A stretch of DNA of 64,000 nucleotides from Myxococcota bacterium (GCA_965250285.1 OZ252299.1:3968001-4032000), one strand, 5' to 3'; shown: positions 9,551-19,699, numbered from the stretch's first letter. Numbers and translations are program-made. The notes: a model not told the origin generated them from the sequence alone.

Positions 9551-9669
9551 GGCGGCGCAAGCTAGCCGAGCGATCGATCTCGAACGTCGGCGACCGTCGG
9601 ACGCGACCACGTCGAACGACCGATTCAGCCGTCACGGCGAAGTGAGTGCAGCCCCCGCGTGGATCTGAC

Positions 9670-10995
9670 TCACGGTCCGCTGAAGGTCTTTCCCATCGCC
9701 GGTCGCTCGAGGTAGTCGCGCTTCGGGTCGTAGTCGAGCGCACCCTGATCGCTCCAGTAGGCCAGCTCGGCTCGACCGACCACGAACCAGTGCACCTCGT
9801 CGGGCCCGTCGGCCAGGCGCAGCGTTCGCTGCCCGGCGTACATGTCCGAGAGCGGCGTCCACTGCGAGACGCCCGTCGCACCGTGCACCTGGATCGCTTC
9901 GTCGATGATGTGGCAGACGCGCACCGGCACCATCGCCTTGACTGCACTCACCCAGACGCGGGCCTCGGCGTTGCCGAGCACGTCCATCGCCTTCGCCGCC
10001 TTGAGCACCATCATGCGCATCGCTTCGATCTCGATGCGCGACTTCGCGATCGTCTCGGTGTTGCGACCGAGGTGTGCGACGCGCTTGCCGAAGGCTTCAC
10101 GGGCGAGACCGCGCTTGGCCATGAGGCCGAGGGCGCGCTCGGCGGCGCCGATCGAACGCATGCAGTGGTGGATCCGGCCCGGGCCGAGTCGCACCTGCGA
10201 GATCTCGAAGCCGCGACCCGCGCCCAGCAGCACATTCTCTTTCGGCACGCGGCAGTCGTTGAAGCGCAGGTGCATGTGGCCGTGGGGCGCATCGTCCTTG
10301 CCGAACACGTGCATGCCGCCGAGGATCTCGACGCCCGGCGTATGCATCGGCACGAGGATCTGCGACTGCTGCTGATGCGGCGGCGCATCGGGGTTGGTCT
10401 TGACCATCACGATCATGATCTTGCAGCGCGGATCGCCGGCGCCCGAGATGTAGTACTTCTCGCCGTTGATCACCCACTCGTCACCGACGAGCACCGCTTC
10501 GCACGAGATGTTCTTCGCGTCGGACGACGGAATGTCGGGCTCGGTCATCGCGTAGGCCGAGCGAATCTCGCCGTTCAGCAGCGGCTCGAGCCACTCCTTC
10601 TTCTGCTCGGGCGTGCCGACGCGCTCGAGCACCTCCATGTTGCCCGTGTCGGGTGCCGAGCAGTTCAGGCACTCACTCGCGATCGGGTTCTTGCCGAGCT
10701 CGGCGGCGATGTAGGCGTAGTCGAGGTTCGAGAGCCCCTCACCGGTGTCGGCGTCGGGCAGGAAGAAGTTCCAGAGCCCCGAAGCCTTGGCCTTGGCCTT
10801 CACCCCGTCGAGCAGCTCGAGCTGGCCCGGCGCCCACGACCAGCGATCGTCGCGCCCTTCGCCAAGCTGATGGAACTCGAGCGTGATCGGCTCGACTTCG
10901 TCGCGAATGAAGGCCGTGACCCGGTCGAAGAGCGGCCGTGCGCCCTCCGACATCCTCAGGTCGTTCATCTCCGGCGTGGTCACGAGACCCGACAT
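9670..10995 (-). CDS. Acyl-CoA dehydrogenase (ACAD10/11 C-terminal-like group)
   Basis: NCSAPDTGNMEVL, AMTEP, RLGPGRIHHCMR, LRLADGPDEVH motifs. Confidence 0.94.
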   Translation of the reverse strand: MSGLVTTPEMNDLRMSEGARPLFDRVTAFIRDEVEPITLEFHQLGEGRDDRWSWAPGQLELLDGVKAKAKASGLWNFFLPDADTGEGLSNLDYAYIAAELGKNPIASECLNCSAPDTGNMEVLERVGTPEQKKEWLEPLLNGEIRSAYAMTEPDIPSSDAKNISCEAVLVGDEWVINGEKYYISGAGDPRCKIMIVMVKTNPDAPPHQQQSQILVPMHTPGVEILGGMHVFGKDDAPHGHMHLRFNDCRVPKENVLLGAGRGFEISQVRLGPGRIHHCMRSIGAAERALGLMAKRGLAREAFGKRVAHLGRNTETIAKSRIEIEAMRMMVLKAAKAMDVLGNAEARVWVSAVKAMVPVRVCHIIDEAIQVHGATGVSQWTPLSDMYAGQRTLRLADGPDEVHWFVVGRAELAYWSDQGALDYDPKRDYLERPAMGKTFSGP

Positions 10996-11137
10996 CGAGC
11001 TTCCTCCTGGACATGCGGTCGCGCGCGAAGCGGCGCGAGAAACGGGCCCTCGACTGTAGCAGCGGGCCGGCCCGGGGTTCGGCGTGCCTCGCCTGCGTGT
11101 GCGCCCGGCGGCGCGCGTCCAGATCGGGCCGCCCCCG

Positions 11138-11920
11138 CTAGCGCCCCTCGAAACGCGGCGCCCGGCGCTCGCCCATCGCCCGCGTGCCCTCGGCGAAGTC
11201 GGCCGTCTGACGCAGCCGATCCTGCTCGCGCTGCTCGTGGTCGGTCGCCGCGCGAATCTCCGCCGCCAGCCCGCCGCGAAGCGTCTCGCGAATCGAGGCC
11301 ACCGCGAGCGGCGCCGACCCGGCGATCTCGACCGCCAGCGAGTGCGCCGCGTCGCGCAGATCGGCCTGCGGAACCAGCCGGTCGCACAAGCCGATCGCGT
11401 GGGCCTCGTCGCCCTTCACCCGGCGACCCGTGTAGAGCAGCTCGGCCGCGACCTGCGGGCCGACCAGCCTCGGCAGAGTCACGGTGAGCCCGAACCCTTG
11501 GTGAAAGCCGAGACGGGCGAAGTTCGCGCTGAATCGCGCCTCAGGCGCGGCGACGCGGAAGTCGGGCATCAGCGCCAGGCCGAGCCCACCGCCGATCGCC
11601 GCTCCCTGCACCGCGGCGACGACCGGCGTCTTCGTTTCGAAGAGCCGCACCGCAGCGTCGTACAGATGGCGACCGGCGCCGTCGCGGTCGGCCGGGCGCC
11701 CCGAACCGAAGTCGGCGCCCGCACAGAAGTGGCGGCCTTCCGAGGCGAGTACGACCGCCCTGCAGCGCTCGTCTGCGTCGAGCGCCTCGATCGCTTCGGC
11801 CAGTGCATCGATCAGCGCGAGGTCGAAGAAGTTGTTGGGCCCGCGCTGAATCTCGGCCAGCGCCACGAAGTCGTCGCCGAGCTCGACCGCGACGTCACCG
11901 AACCGGCCGAACTCGCTCAT
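11138..11920 (-). CDS. Enoyl-CoA hydratase/isomerase family protein
   Basis: HFCAGADF and PVVAAVQGAAIGGGLGL motifs; 4-bp overlap with the upstream ACAD. Confidence 0.9.
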   Translation of the reverse strand: MSEFGRFGDVAVELGDDFVALAEIQRGPNNFFDLALIDALAEAIEALDADERCRAVVLASEGRHFCAGADFGSGRPADRDGAGRHLYDAAVRLFETKTPVVAAVQGAAIGGGLGLALMPDFRVAAPEARFSANFARLGFHQGFGLTVTLPRLVGPQVAAELLYTGRRVKGDEAHAIGLCDRLVPQADLRDAAHSLAVEIAGSAPLAVASIRETLRGGLAAEIRAATDHEQREQDRLRQTADFAEGTRAMGERRAPRFEGR

Positions 11921-13098
11921 CGCGGCAGCCCGACGAGCTGACGCGCGACGATCATCCGCTGGATCTGACCCGTCCCCTCGACGATGTCCATCGCCTTGAC
12001 GTCGCGGTAGAGCTTCTCGATCAGGTGATCGCCCCGCGCACCCACGAGCCCGAGGATCTCCATGCCGAGTCCCGTCGCCTGTTGTGCGATCTGGGCGGCG
12101 AGCGCCTTCGACATCGACGCCTCGACGATGTTGGGTCGCTCCTCGTCGGCGAGCCATACGGCGCGCAGACACACGAGCCGCGCCTTGCGCACCATGCGCG
12201 AAATGGCCTCGATGCGATCGCGTACGCGCGCATCACCGAGCAGGTCGTGCTCGCACGCGAAGGCGATCGACTCGTCGAGCGCCGCGCGCGCCATCCCCAC
12301 TGCGTTCGCGGCGATGATCGGTCGACCCGCATTGAATGTGCGCATCGCCGTCTTGAACCCGGCACTGCTCTCGTAGCGGGCCTCGCCGCCAAGGAGGTTC
12401 GCCGCGGGCACGCGGACGTCGGTCAGGGTGAACGACGTCGACTCGTACGCCTTGAGTCCCATCTTCTTCTCGATGTGAAAGCCGCCGAGCCCCGGGGTGC
12501 CCTGTTCGACGAAGAAGGCGCGCTGCGCAGACCGCCCCTTCTCGGGGTCGAGGGTCGCCTGCACGAGGATCCAGTCGGACCGCGAGGCTGCGCCGATGAA
12601 GCACTTCGCGCCGTTCAGGATCCAACCGTCGCCATCCTTGCGGGCCAGGGTCGCGATCGCCGCGGCATCGGAGCCCGCGCCCGGCTCGGTCATCGCGAAG
12701 CACGCCCAGCGCGGCCGCTTCGGCTCGATGAACGGGCCCAGGTAGCGTTCCTTCTGGTCGTCGGTGCCGATGGCGAGCACGTTCGTCTCGGGCAGCCCGG
12801 GGCCGGGCGTCGCGTTGATGACGCCGCGATCCCAGTACGCGAGCTCTTCGGCGACGAGCATGGTCGAAACGATCGACGTCGCCTTCGCGTCGCTGCGGCT
12901 CGGGGGCGGCACGCCGAGGCCCGGCCACCGCGTGCGCCCTTCACCGCGCTCGATGCAGCGGTCGAAGAAAGCGTGATCGACGGGCAGCGGGGCCCCGTTT
13001 CGGTCGGCTTCGAGGCCGGCCGGACGGTACTCGCGGGCGCCGAGCTCCCGGGCGGCCTCGATCTTCTCGCGGGTCGCGTCGTCGATGTGCAGATCCAT
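11917..13098 (-). CDS. Acyl-CoA dehydrogenase (FadE23-like, carries the catalytic Glu)
   Basis: FAMTEPGAGSD, LNGAKCFI, KMGLK, DIVEGTGQIQR motifs. Confidence 0.92.
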   Translation of the reverse strand: MDLHIDDATREKIEAARELGAREYRPAGLEADRNGAPLPVDHAFFDRCIERGEGRTRWPGLGVPPPSRSDAKATSIVSTMLVAEELAYWDRGVINATPGPGLPETNVLAIGTDDQKERYLGPFIEPKRPRWACFAMTEPGAGSDAAAIATLARKDGDGWILNGAKCFIGAASRSDWILVQATLDPEKGRSAQRAFFVEQGTPGLGGFHIEKKMGLKAYESTSFTLTDVRVPAANLLGGEARYESSAGFKTAMRTFNAGRPIIAANAVGMARAALDESIAFACEHDLLGDARVRDRIEAISRMVRKARLVCLRAVWLADEERPNIVEASMSKALAAQIAQQATGLGMEILGLVGARGDHLIEKLYRDVKAMDIVEGTGQIQRMIVARQLVGLPR

Positions 13099-14196
13099 CT
13101 AGAGCGCGCCTCCGCGACCCGGCGCGAGCGGATGAAGCTCGCTGCAGAGCGCCCGCCCCGCGTCGTCGATCGCCGCGTCATAGCCGCCGCACGCCAGACC
13201 GAGCGCGCGCGCCTCGCGCATGTGCTTCTCGACGGGATAGTCGGCCATGAACCCGTGGCCGCCGAGGATCTGCACGCCGTTCGGCCCGACGAGTCGCGAC
13301 ACCTCGATGCACTCGGCCCACGCCGACGCCGCCTCGGCGTGACACGGCAGCCCCTGGTCGACGCGCCACGCTGCATCGTGCACCACGAGCCGAGCGGCAT
13401 CGAGGGCCATACGCATGTCGACGATCAGAAACGCCAGCGCCTGGTGATGACCGATCGGTCGGCCGAATGCCTGGCGATCCTGAGCATACGCGGCCGAGAA
13501 GTCGCACGCGGCCCGCATCACGCCGAGCAGCAGCGACGCGTGATACAGCCGCGCCCGGGCGCGGGCGCGCACGACGCCTTCACCGTTCTCGAAGCGGGCG
13601 GCGATGGGTGCGGCTTCTGCGCGCAGCGCCCCACCCCCGGCCGCGCGCAGCCCGGCACCGCGCACCGGTTCGATCTCGAAGCCATCGCGCACGAGCAGCG
13701 CTTCGTCGTCGCGCAAGACGACCACCGCCTGTGCGGCCGAGGCGGGGACGTAGGGCACGTCGAGCCGGATCGCGTCGCCCACGCGCTCGACGGCGCCGTC
13801 CTCTTCGAGCACCAGAAGTGCGCGATCGTCGTCGGCCGACAGAGCGTCGACGAGTGCGGCCGTGGCGTCGGCTCCCCCGACTTCGAGCAGCGCCGTCGCG
13901 GCCGGGCCGAGTCGATCGAGCGAGACCGCCGCGCCGACGTCGCCCGCAGCGAGCTCTTCGTTCACGAGTGCGCGGGCGAGACTGCCCAAGCCGGCTCCGC
14001 CCAGCTCGGCGGGCAGCTCGAGCGCGGCGAGACCGATCTCTTCGAACGCTGCGCGCAGGCCGGGATCGACGGCGCGCGCGCGCTCGGCCTCGCGCAGCCC
14101 GGGCACGAGCGCCTCGGCAGCGAGCTTGCGAACCGTGTCGACGACGAGCTCGAGCTCGGCGTCGAACGCGAGGGTGAGAGTCGGAGCGTGCGCCAC
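13099..14196 (-). CDS. Acyl-CoA dehydrogenase family protein, degenerate partner subunit (FadE24-like)
   Basis: C-terminal RQAFGRPIGHHQAL and VQILGGHGF...YPVEKHMR motifs. N-terminal FAD motifs are degenerate. Abuts the downstream ACAD. Confidence 0.85.
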   Translation of the reverse strand: MAHAPTLTLAFDAELELVVDTVRKLAAEALVPGLREAERARAVDPGLRAAFEEIGLAALELPAELGGAGLGSLARALVNEELAAGDVGAAVSLDRLGPAATALLEVGGADATAALVDALSADDDRALLVLEEDGAVERVGDAIRLDVPYVPASAAQAVVVLRDDEALLVRDGFEIEPVRGAGLRAAGGGALRAEAAPIAARFENGEGVVRARARARLYHASLLLGVMRAACDFSAAYAQDRQAFGRPIGHHQALAFLIVDMRMALDAARLVVHDAAWRVDQGLPCHAEAASAWAECIEVSRLVGPNGVQILGGHGFMADYPVEKHMREARALGLACGGYDAAIDDAGRALCSELHPLAPGRGGAL

Positions 14197-14300
14197 GGGA
14201 GACCTTTCGATTCGAGGGACGGGCGAAGCGTAGACCGTCGAGAGGCGCTGCCAGAACGCGCGGCGACCCCGGCCAATCTTTCGCTCGACTCTCTCGACCG

Positions 14301-14395
14301 CTTTTAGGAAAAGTCACTGATCCGAAAAGAGACGTCGGCCGAGCCGCAAGGGCGGCATGAGGCGCGGCGCCAAGCCTCTGTTTTTAAAGCGCTTT
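14301..14395. promoter_or_regulatory. AT-rich divergent promoter region with palindromes (candidate TetR operator)
   Basis: CTTTT-agg-AAAAG at 14301-14313 and AAAGCGCTTT at 14386-14395, between the ACAD operon and the divergent TetR gene. Confidence 0.35.
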
Positions 14396-14506
14396 CGGGT
14401 TGGCTCCCACGGCCGGCCCCCCCATTTGGGAGGGGTGATCTAGGCTCGCGAGAGGCGGGACAGCCGCCGACGCATCCGGGCCGCCCGCCCGAGCAGGCTG
14501 GCATCC

Positions 14507-15175
14507 ATGAGCGGCAGCGACGACGACGGATCAGAAGCCGGGAACCACGCGCCGCCGAGGCGCGGTCGCGGCCGCCCGGCCACCCCGCCCGAAGAGCTGC
14601 GGGCGCGCCTGATCGACGCTGCCGAGCGCCGCTTCGAGGCGGCCCCCTTCGAAGACGTCGGCGTGATGGAGATCGTCCGCGAAGCGAAGATGTCGTCGCG
14701 TTCGTTCTACCGGTTCTTCGAGAACAAGGCCGACATCGCGCTCGCCCTGGCGCGGGAGCGCGCCGAGACCTTCATCACCGACATGCGGCAGATCGTCGAA
14801 ACCTCGTCGACGACCCACGAGATGGTCGACCGCATCCTGATGGCCTACCTGCGCGATCTACCGATGGTCGTCGCCGATCTGCAGCGCGTTCCGCCGTCGA
14901 CGAGTCAGCACATCGAAGGGATCCTCGACGAGTATCGTGGGCGGATCGCCGATGTGATCGTCGCCGAGCTCGACCGCACCCTCGCGTCGCGGCACGGCGC
15001 GACGCGACCCGACCCGATGGCCGTGCTGCTCGTGATCGCCGGGATCGAAGGCATGTCGATCCGCTACAACACCCGACGACGCCGCGAAGATCTCGTCGCG
15101 CTGCATCCCCAGATCCTCGCGGCCATTCGCAGCATCTTCGGTGAGTGGGTCAACGAGAATCAGCCGATTCGCTGA
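14507..15175 (+). CDS. TetR/AcrR family transcriptional regulator
   Basis: RGRP...RLIDAA...VMEIVREAKMSSRSFYRFFENK helix-turn-helix. Confidence 0.9.
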   Translation: MSGSDDDGSEAGNHAPPRRGRGRPATPPEELRARLIDAAERRFEAAPFEDVGVMEIVREAKMSSRSFYRFFENKADIALALARERAETFITDMRQIVETSSTTHEMVDRILMAYLRDLPMVVADLQRVPPSTSQHIEGILDEYRGRIADVIVAELDRTLASRHGATRPDPMAVLLVIAGIEGMSIRYNTRRRREDLVALHPQILAAIRSIFGEWVNENQPIR

Positions 15176-15257
15176 CGCGTCGCGCGTCATCCGCCCCCGC
15201 GCCGAGGTCGAGCCGCCTACACTCGAGGCATCGCCCACTCGTCGATGGAGACCCGAC

Positions 15258-15668
15258 ATGAAGATCGCCCAGGCCCCGACCCCCGAGCAGTTCAAGAAGC
15301 TGATGGAGGGGCCGGCCGACCAGCCCGTCGTCATGGTGAACCTGCTGAAGTTCAAGACGCAGGCAGACGGCGGCAATGAGGGCATGACGGGCGCCGAGTC
15401 GTACAACCTGTATGGCCAGAAGATGCGCGCCTTCGTCGAGTCGAAGGGCGGGCGCTTCCTCTACATGGGCACGGCCGATTCGATGGTGCTGGGCGAGAGC
15501 GACGCCGATTGGGACGTCGTGGCGCTCGTCGAGTACCCCAGCCGCCAGGCCTTCGTCGAGATCGCGACGAGCCAGCACGTCGCCGAGATCGGCCAGGATC
15601 GAAGCAAGGGGCTCGAGGGTCAGTGGCTCATCGCAAGCACCCAGGTCGGCGGTCTGGGAATGGACTGA
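15258..15668 (+). CDS. DUF1330-family (dimeric alpha-beta barrel) protein
   Basis: PVVMVNLLKFK...WDVVALVEYPSRQAF pattern; GGAG SD upstream. Confidence 0.82.
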   Translation: MKIAQAPTPEQFKKLMEGPADQPVVMVNLLKFKTQADGGNEGMTGAESYNLYGQKMRAFVESKGGRFLYMGTADSMVLGESDADWDVVALVEYPSRQAFVEIATSQHVAEIGQDRSKGLEGQWLIASTQVGGLGMD

Positions 15669-15674
15669 CGGTCG

Positions 15675-15715
15675 TCGGCGTCGCGTGCCCGCCGAACGCG
15701 GGCGCGCGACGCCGA
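15675..15715. terminator. GC-rich hairpin between convergent genes (putative bidirectional terminator)
   Basis: 18-bp stem tcggcgtcgcgtgcccgc / gcgggcgcgcgacgccga (one G-U pair), 5-nt loop, no U-tract. Confidence 0.6.
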
Positions 15716-15728
15716 ACGCCTCGAGGCG

Positions 15729-16787
15729 TCAGTACGCTTCGAATGGAACGACGACGGCGCGGCCTTCGATTTCGCCAGCATGCAGCGCGCGGTAGGCCTC
15801 GGCGCCGCGCTCGAGCGGGTACGTCGTCACCTTCGACTGCACGAGCCCCCGCGCCGCTAGGTCGAGCAGCTCGACCAGCTCGGGCCGCGCCCCCCAGTAC
15901 GTCGTCTGAATGCTCACTTCGTAGGGCACCGAGAAGAACGACACGGGCAAATGGCCGCCGCCGATGCCGACGATCGTGAGGTCGGCCATTTGCCGCGAGG
16001 CCAGCGCCGCCATGCCGAGCGTCGCATCGACGCCGACGAAGTCGAAGACGACGTCAGCGCCGCGCCCGCCCGTCGCCGCGCGAATCTCGAGCGCGGTCTG
16101 ATCGTTGCTCTCGAGCGCCAGGTCGGCGCCGTGCGCCAGGGCGATCTCGAGCGACGACGTCCGTTGATCGACGGCGATGATGCGCGCCGCGCTCGTCGCA
16201 GCCAGGATCTGCACGGCCATGTGCCCGAGCCCGCCCACGCCGATCACGACGGCCGTCGAGCCGGGCACGAGCTTCGGCAACGAGCGCCGAATCGCGTGAT
16301 ACGGGGTCAGCCCCGCATCGGTGAGCGGCGCCGCGTCAGCGGGCGAGAGGCCGTCGGGGAGCGGCACGAGCAGCCTCGGGTCGGGGACGAGCATGTACTC
16401 GGACATGCCGCCATCGAGACCGAGCCCTCCACCGCCTCCGGCGATCGGTGCCTCGACCAGATTCTCGCAGTACATCTCCATGCCCGGCGTGCAGCGCTGG
16501 CAGTGTCCGCAGCCCCATGGCCCATAGACGGCCACGGCCTGCCCGGGCTCGAACTGCGTCACGCCCTCACCCACGGCATCGACCCATCCCGCGTTCTCAT
16601 GGCCGAGGGTGAAGGGCAGGCTCCACGGCATCGAGCCCGGCTCGAAGTCGTGCATGATGTGCAGGTCGGAGTGGCACGCGCCGGCGCCGCCCACCTTGAT
16701 CACGACCTGGCCGGGCCCGGGCTCGGGCTTCTCGACCTCACGCAGCTCGGGTTCGGACTTCCACTCGAGGAGTCTCAGTGCCTGCAC
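15729..16787 (-). CDS. Zinc-dependent NAD(P) alcohol dehydrogenase (MDR)
   Basis: GACHSD, LGHE, CGHCQRC...C structural Zn site, GVGGLG Rossmann motif. Confidence 0.94.
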   Translation of the reverse strand: MQALRLLEWKSEPELREVEKPEPGPGQVVIKVGGAGACHSDLHIMHDFEPGSMPWSLPFTLGHENAGWVDAVGEGVTQFEPGQAVAVYGPWGCGHCQRCTPGMEMYCENLVEAPIAGGGGGLGLDGGMSEYMLVPDPRLLVPLPDGLSPADAAPLTDAGLTPYHAIRRSLPKLVPGSTAVVIGVGGLGHMAVQILAATSAARIIAVDQRTSSLEIALAHGADLALESNDQTALEIRAATGGRGADVVFDFVGVDATLGMAALASRQMADLTIVGIGGGHLPVSFFSVPYEVSIQTTYWGARPELVELLDLAARGLVQSKVTTYPLERGAEAYRALHAGEIEGRAVVVPFEAY

Positions 16788-16835
16788 GCTGCTTCCTCCC
16801 GGCGATGACGGTGGAGGGACGATCCGTCGATGCCG

Positions 16836-17285
16836 CTAGCGAGGCGTCAGTCGGAACAGATACGCCTCGTCGACGTTCTCGTTCCGCGGACGCGTCCCGT
16901 ACTTCTGCTGGTAGGCGTCGCTGAAGCGATCGAACTCGGCCTGCTCGGTGACCCGGGCCGCCGAGAGCTCATAGAGGGCCGCCTCGGCCTGCAGCCGCAC
17001 GTTCGGATCACGCTCCATGTGCTCGATCCAGGTGGCCCGGTTCGCCCCCGCATGCACGTAGAGCGCGTCGTCGAGCGCCACGACCCAGATGTTGACCGAG
17101 TACGGCTCGGCCGGATGGGTCTCGAGCTGAATCGTCGAAATGTCGTCGGTGAACGCCCAGCCATCGGGCGTCGGCGCGACGTCGCCTTCGAGCGCACCGC
17201 CGGGCAGCAGCACCAGCGGGCCATCGCACGCCGAGAGGAGCAGGCCGAACGCGATCACGGCCGTCGCAGTGAGCGATCGATGCAT
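16836..17285 (-). CDS. Lipoprotein, DUF2255/split-barrel-like family
   Basis: Lipobox LLSAC; PGGAL.G and PYSVNIW...LYVHAG motifs. Confidence 0.7.
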   Translation of the reverse strand: MHRSLTATAVIAFGLLLSACDGPLVLLPGGALEGDVAPTPDGWAFTDDISTIQLETHPAEPYSVNIWVVALDDALYVHAGANRATWIEHMERDPNVRLQAEAALYELSAARVTEQAEFDRFSDAYQQKYGTRPRNENVDEAYLFRLTPR

Positions 17286-17305
17286 CCGATTGGTCCTCCC
17301 CGGGC

Positions 17306-18079
17306 TCAGGCCCGACGCGGCGTCGAGCCGCTCTGGCTCGCCGTCGCCAGGAGTGTGCCCTGATCGCTGAAGATACTCATTTCGCCGTGGAAGAAGCCCC
17401 GGCCCAGGCCCTGAATGCGCGCGTCGAGCAGGCACCACTCGGCCGGCTGGGTGCGGCCGATCCGGAGCGTGTTGTCGAGGCTCGACGAGCCTCGCGTGAT
17501 GGGGATCGCACCCGGCAGGAAGTCGGCGAAGATCGCGAGGAGCCCGGCCGTCATCGGCTCGCCGGACGTCGCGCGCATCCACATCCGCGCATGTCCGGGG
17601 TGATCGGCGTCGTTGTCCTCGACGGTGCGCCGCTCGATGCGACTCATGAGGTCGCCCTGGTGGCCCCACTCGGGCTCGTAGCGCTCGCAGTCGGCCGGCG
17701 GGGGGACTTCGGGCATCGGCAGGTACTGCGCGTCTTCTTCGTCGCCCTTGTCACCGAGCGCGGCGTTCACGGTGAGGATCGCGCGGTGACCGACGCGGCT
17801 CGTCGCGCGGGCCTGCGTGACGCTTCTCCCCGTGACCGCGGCCTCGACGTCGATCTCGACCGTCTGACCACGCTGGGCGAACGACAGATACTGGGCCGTA
17901 GCCCAGACGAGCGGGCGACCCGTGGCGGCCTCGAGCGCCATGACGGCCGAACCCAGACCGACGCCTCCCATCATGAAGCTGCGTTCGGGCGGGCCGACGA
18001 GCAGCTCATCGGCGACGCCCAGCTCGAACCGGGTCGGCGTCGACGTGGCGGCGGGAGCGTAGAAGGGGCGGTCGGCCAT
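17306..18079 (-). CDS. Acyl-CoA thioesterase (TesB-like double hotdog)
   Basis: MGGVGLG, ATAQYLS, AIFADF, SSLDNTLR, LATASQS motifs. Confidence 0.85.
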   Translation of the reverse strand: MADRPFYAPAATSTPTRFELGVADELLVGPPERSFMMGGVGLGSAVMALEAATGRPLVWATAQYLSFAQRGQTVEIDVEAAVTGRSVTQARATSRVGHRAILTVNAALGDKGDEEDAQYLPMPEVPPPADCERYEPEWGHQGDLMSRIERRTVEDNDADHPGHARMWMRATSGEPMTAGLLAIFADFLPGAIPITRGSSSLDNTLRIGRTQPAEWCLLDARIQGLGRGFFHGEMSIFSDQGTLLATASQSGSTPRRA

Positions 18080-18083
18080 GCGC

Positions 18084-18839
18084 TCAGTCCGCGGCGTCGG
18101 GGGGCGACCCGGCGCTGGCCTCGAGCTCACCGAAGTCGTGCTCGAGGATCGGCTGCACGACTTCGGTCCAGGCGGCGTAGCCCTTCGCGTTCAGGTGCAG
18201 GCCGTCGAGCATGAACACATCGTCCCGCGGCTCGCCCTCCTCGCCGAGCAGCGCGTTCGAGACGTCGATGTAGCGGAGCCGTTCGTCCCCGGCGGCGTAC
18301 GCCTCGATCATCTCGTTGGCGCGCTGCATCGTCGGCCACTGCGCCCAGCGCAGCTTCGACGGCTTGATCGACAAGAACGTCACGACGGCGTCGGGATGCT
18401 TCGCATGCACCCGATCGACGAAGGTGCGGTAGTCGTCGAGCACCACCTCGGGTGTCTTCGGCGAGCTGCGCTGCAGGTCGTTGTCGCCCGCGTACACCAC
18501 GACCATGCGCGGGTCGTAAGGCGTCACGACGCGATCGACATTGTGCACGAGGTGATTCATCTGCGCGCCGCCGAAGCCTCGGTTCAGGACCGGGAGGCCC
18601 GCCATGTCGTCTTCGAGGCTCGACCAGAAGCGGATGCTCGAGCTACCGACGAAGACGATGCCGCCGGGCCGGGGCGGCGCTTCGGCATCGCTCGCTTCGA
18701 AGGCGACGATGGCGTCCTCGAACCAGTCGTCGGCGAAGCTCTGCTTCGTGCGCTCGCTGAGCCACCACAGCCCGAGCGCCGCTGCGACAGCGACGAGGAC
18801 GACGAGCCCACCGAGGGCCATCCCGATCTTCTTCCACAT
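18084..18839 (-). CDS. GDSL/SGNH hydrolase with N-terminal membrane anchor
   Basis: FVGSSSIRFW, NRGFGG, YAGDND, DGLHLN blocks. Confidence 0.9.
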   Translation of the reverse strand: MWKKIGMALGGLVVLVAVAAALGLWWLSERTKQSFADDWFEDAIVAFEASDAEAPPRPGGIVFVGSSSIRFWSSLEDDMAGLPVLNRGFGGAQMNHLVHNVDRVVTPYDPRMVVVYAGDNDLQRSSPKTPEVVLDDYRTFVDRVHAKHPDAVVTFLSIKPSKLRWAQWPTMQRANEMIEAYAAGDERLRYIDVSNALLGEEGEPRDDVFMLDGLHLNAKGYAAWTEVVQPILEHDFGELEASAGSPPDAAD

Positions 18840-18977
18840 GGGCGTGCGCTCCTGACCGAGCCCGGTCGCTCCCGACAGGGGATCGCATCGTGCAGCGCGG
18901 GGCAAGCGCCGCGATGGCACTTTCGGTGCGCCTCGATACGCTTCGAAGGGCGCGACAGGTCGCGCCGGGAGGTCGAT

Positions 18978-19679
18978 GTGAGGCTCGTCTTCGTGCACGG
19001 CTCGGGCTGTACGGCTCACGTCTTCAAGTATCAGACGGAACGGTTCCCCGACGCCCTCGCGGTCACCCTGCCCGGCCACGGCGCAGGCGAGCATCTCGGT
19101 TCGGTCGAGGCGATGGCGACGTGGCTGCACGACGAGATCGAATCGGCGGGCGACGCGCGCCCCTTGATCGTCGGACACTCACTCGGCGGCGCCATCGCGC
19201 TGCAGTTCGCCCTCGATCACCCGGGCGCCGTCGCCGGTCTCTGCCTGATCGGGTCGGGGGCGAGGCTGCGCGTGGCCCCGACCACACTCGAAGCGCTCGA
19301 GACGTCGATCGACGAACCCACCGCCTACCACGCGATGATGACGGAGACCTGGCGCCGAACCGAGCCCGAGTTTGCGGGCGAGATGGAGGCCCGGGCAGCG
19401 GCGCTCGGCCCCGTCCCCTTTCTGAACGATCTGCGCGCGTGCGACGCATTCGATGTGATCGCGCGCCTCGACGAGATCGACGTGCCGGTGCTCGCGATCG
19501 TCGGCTCGGGCGACGTCATGACGCCACCGAAGTTCTCCGCGTTCCTGTGCGACCACATGCCCAACGCCAAGATGGAGGTCGTCGACGGAGGCACGCACTT
19601 CGTTTTCGCCGAGCTCCCCGAGCCGGTCAACGACGCGATCGCGCGCTTCGCCGCCGAGCTCGGCACCCCCCACTCGTAG
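18978..19679 (+). CDS. Alpha/beta fold hydrolase
   Basis: FVHGSG, LPGHG, GHSLGG nucleophile elbow, GSGD, GTH. GTG start after GGAGG. Confidence 0.9.
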   Translation: MRLVFVHGSGCTAHVFKYQTERFPDALAVTLPGHGAGEHLGSVEAMATWLHDEIESAGDARPLIVGHSLGGAIALQFALDHPGAVAGLCLIGSGARLRVAPTTLEALETSIDEPTAYHAMMTETWRRTEPEFAGEMEARAAALGPVPFLNDLRACDAFDVIARLDEIDVPVLAIVGSGDVMTPPKFSAFLCDHMPNAKMEVVDGGTHFVFAELPEPVNDAIARFAAELGTPHS

Positions 19680-19699
19680 ACCCCAACAAGGAGAGCCCC

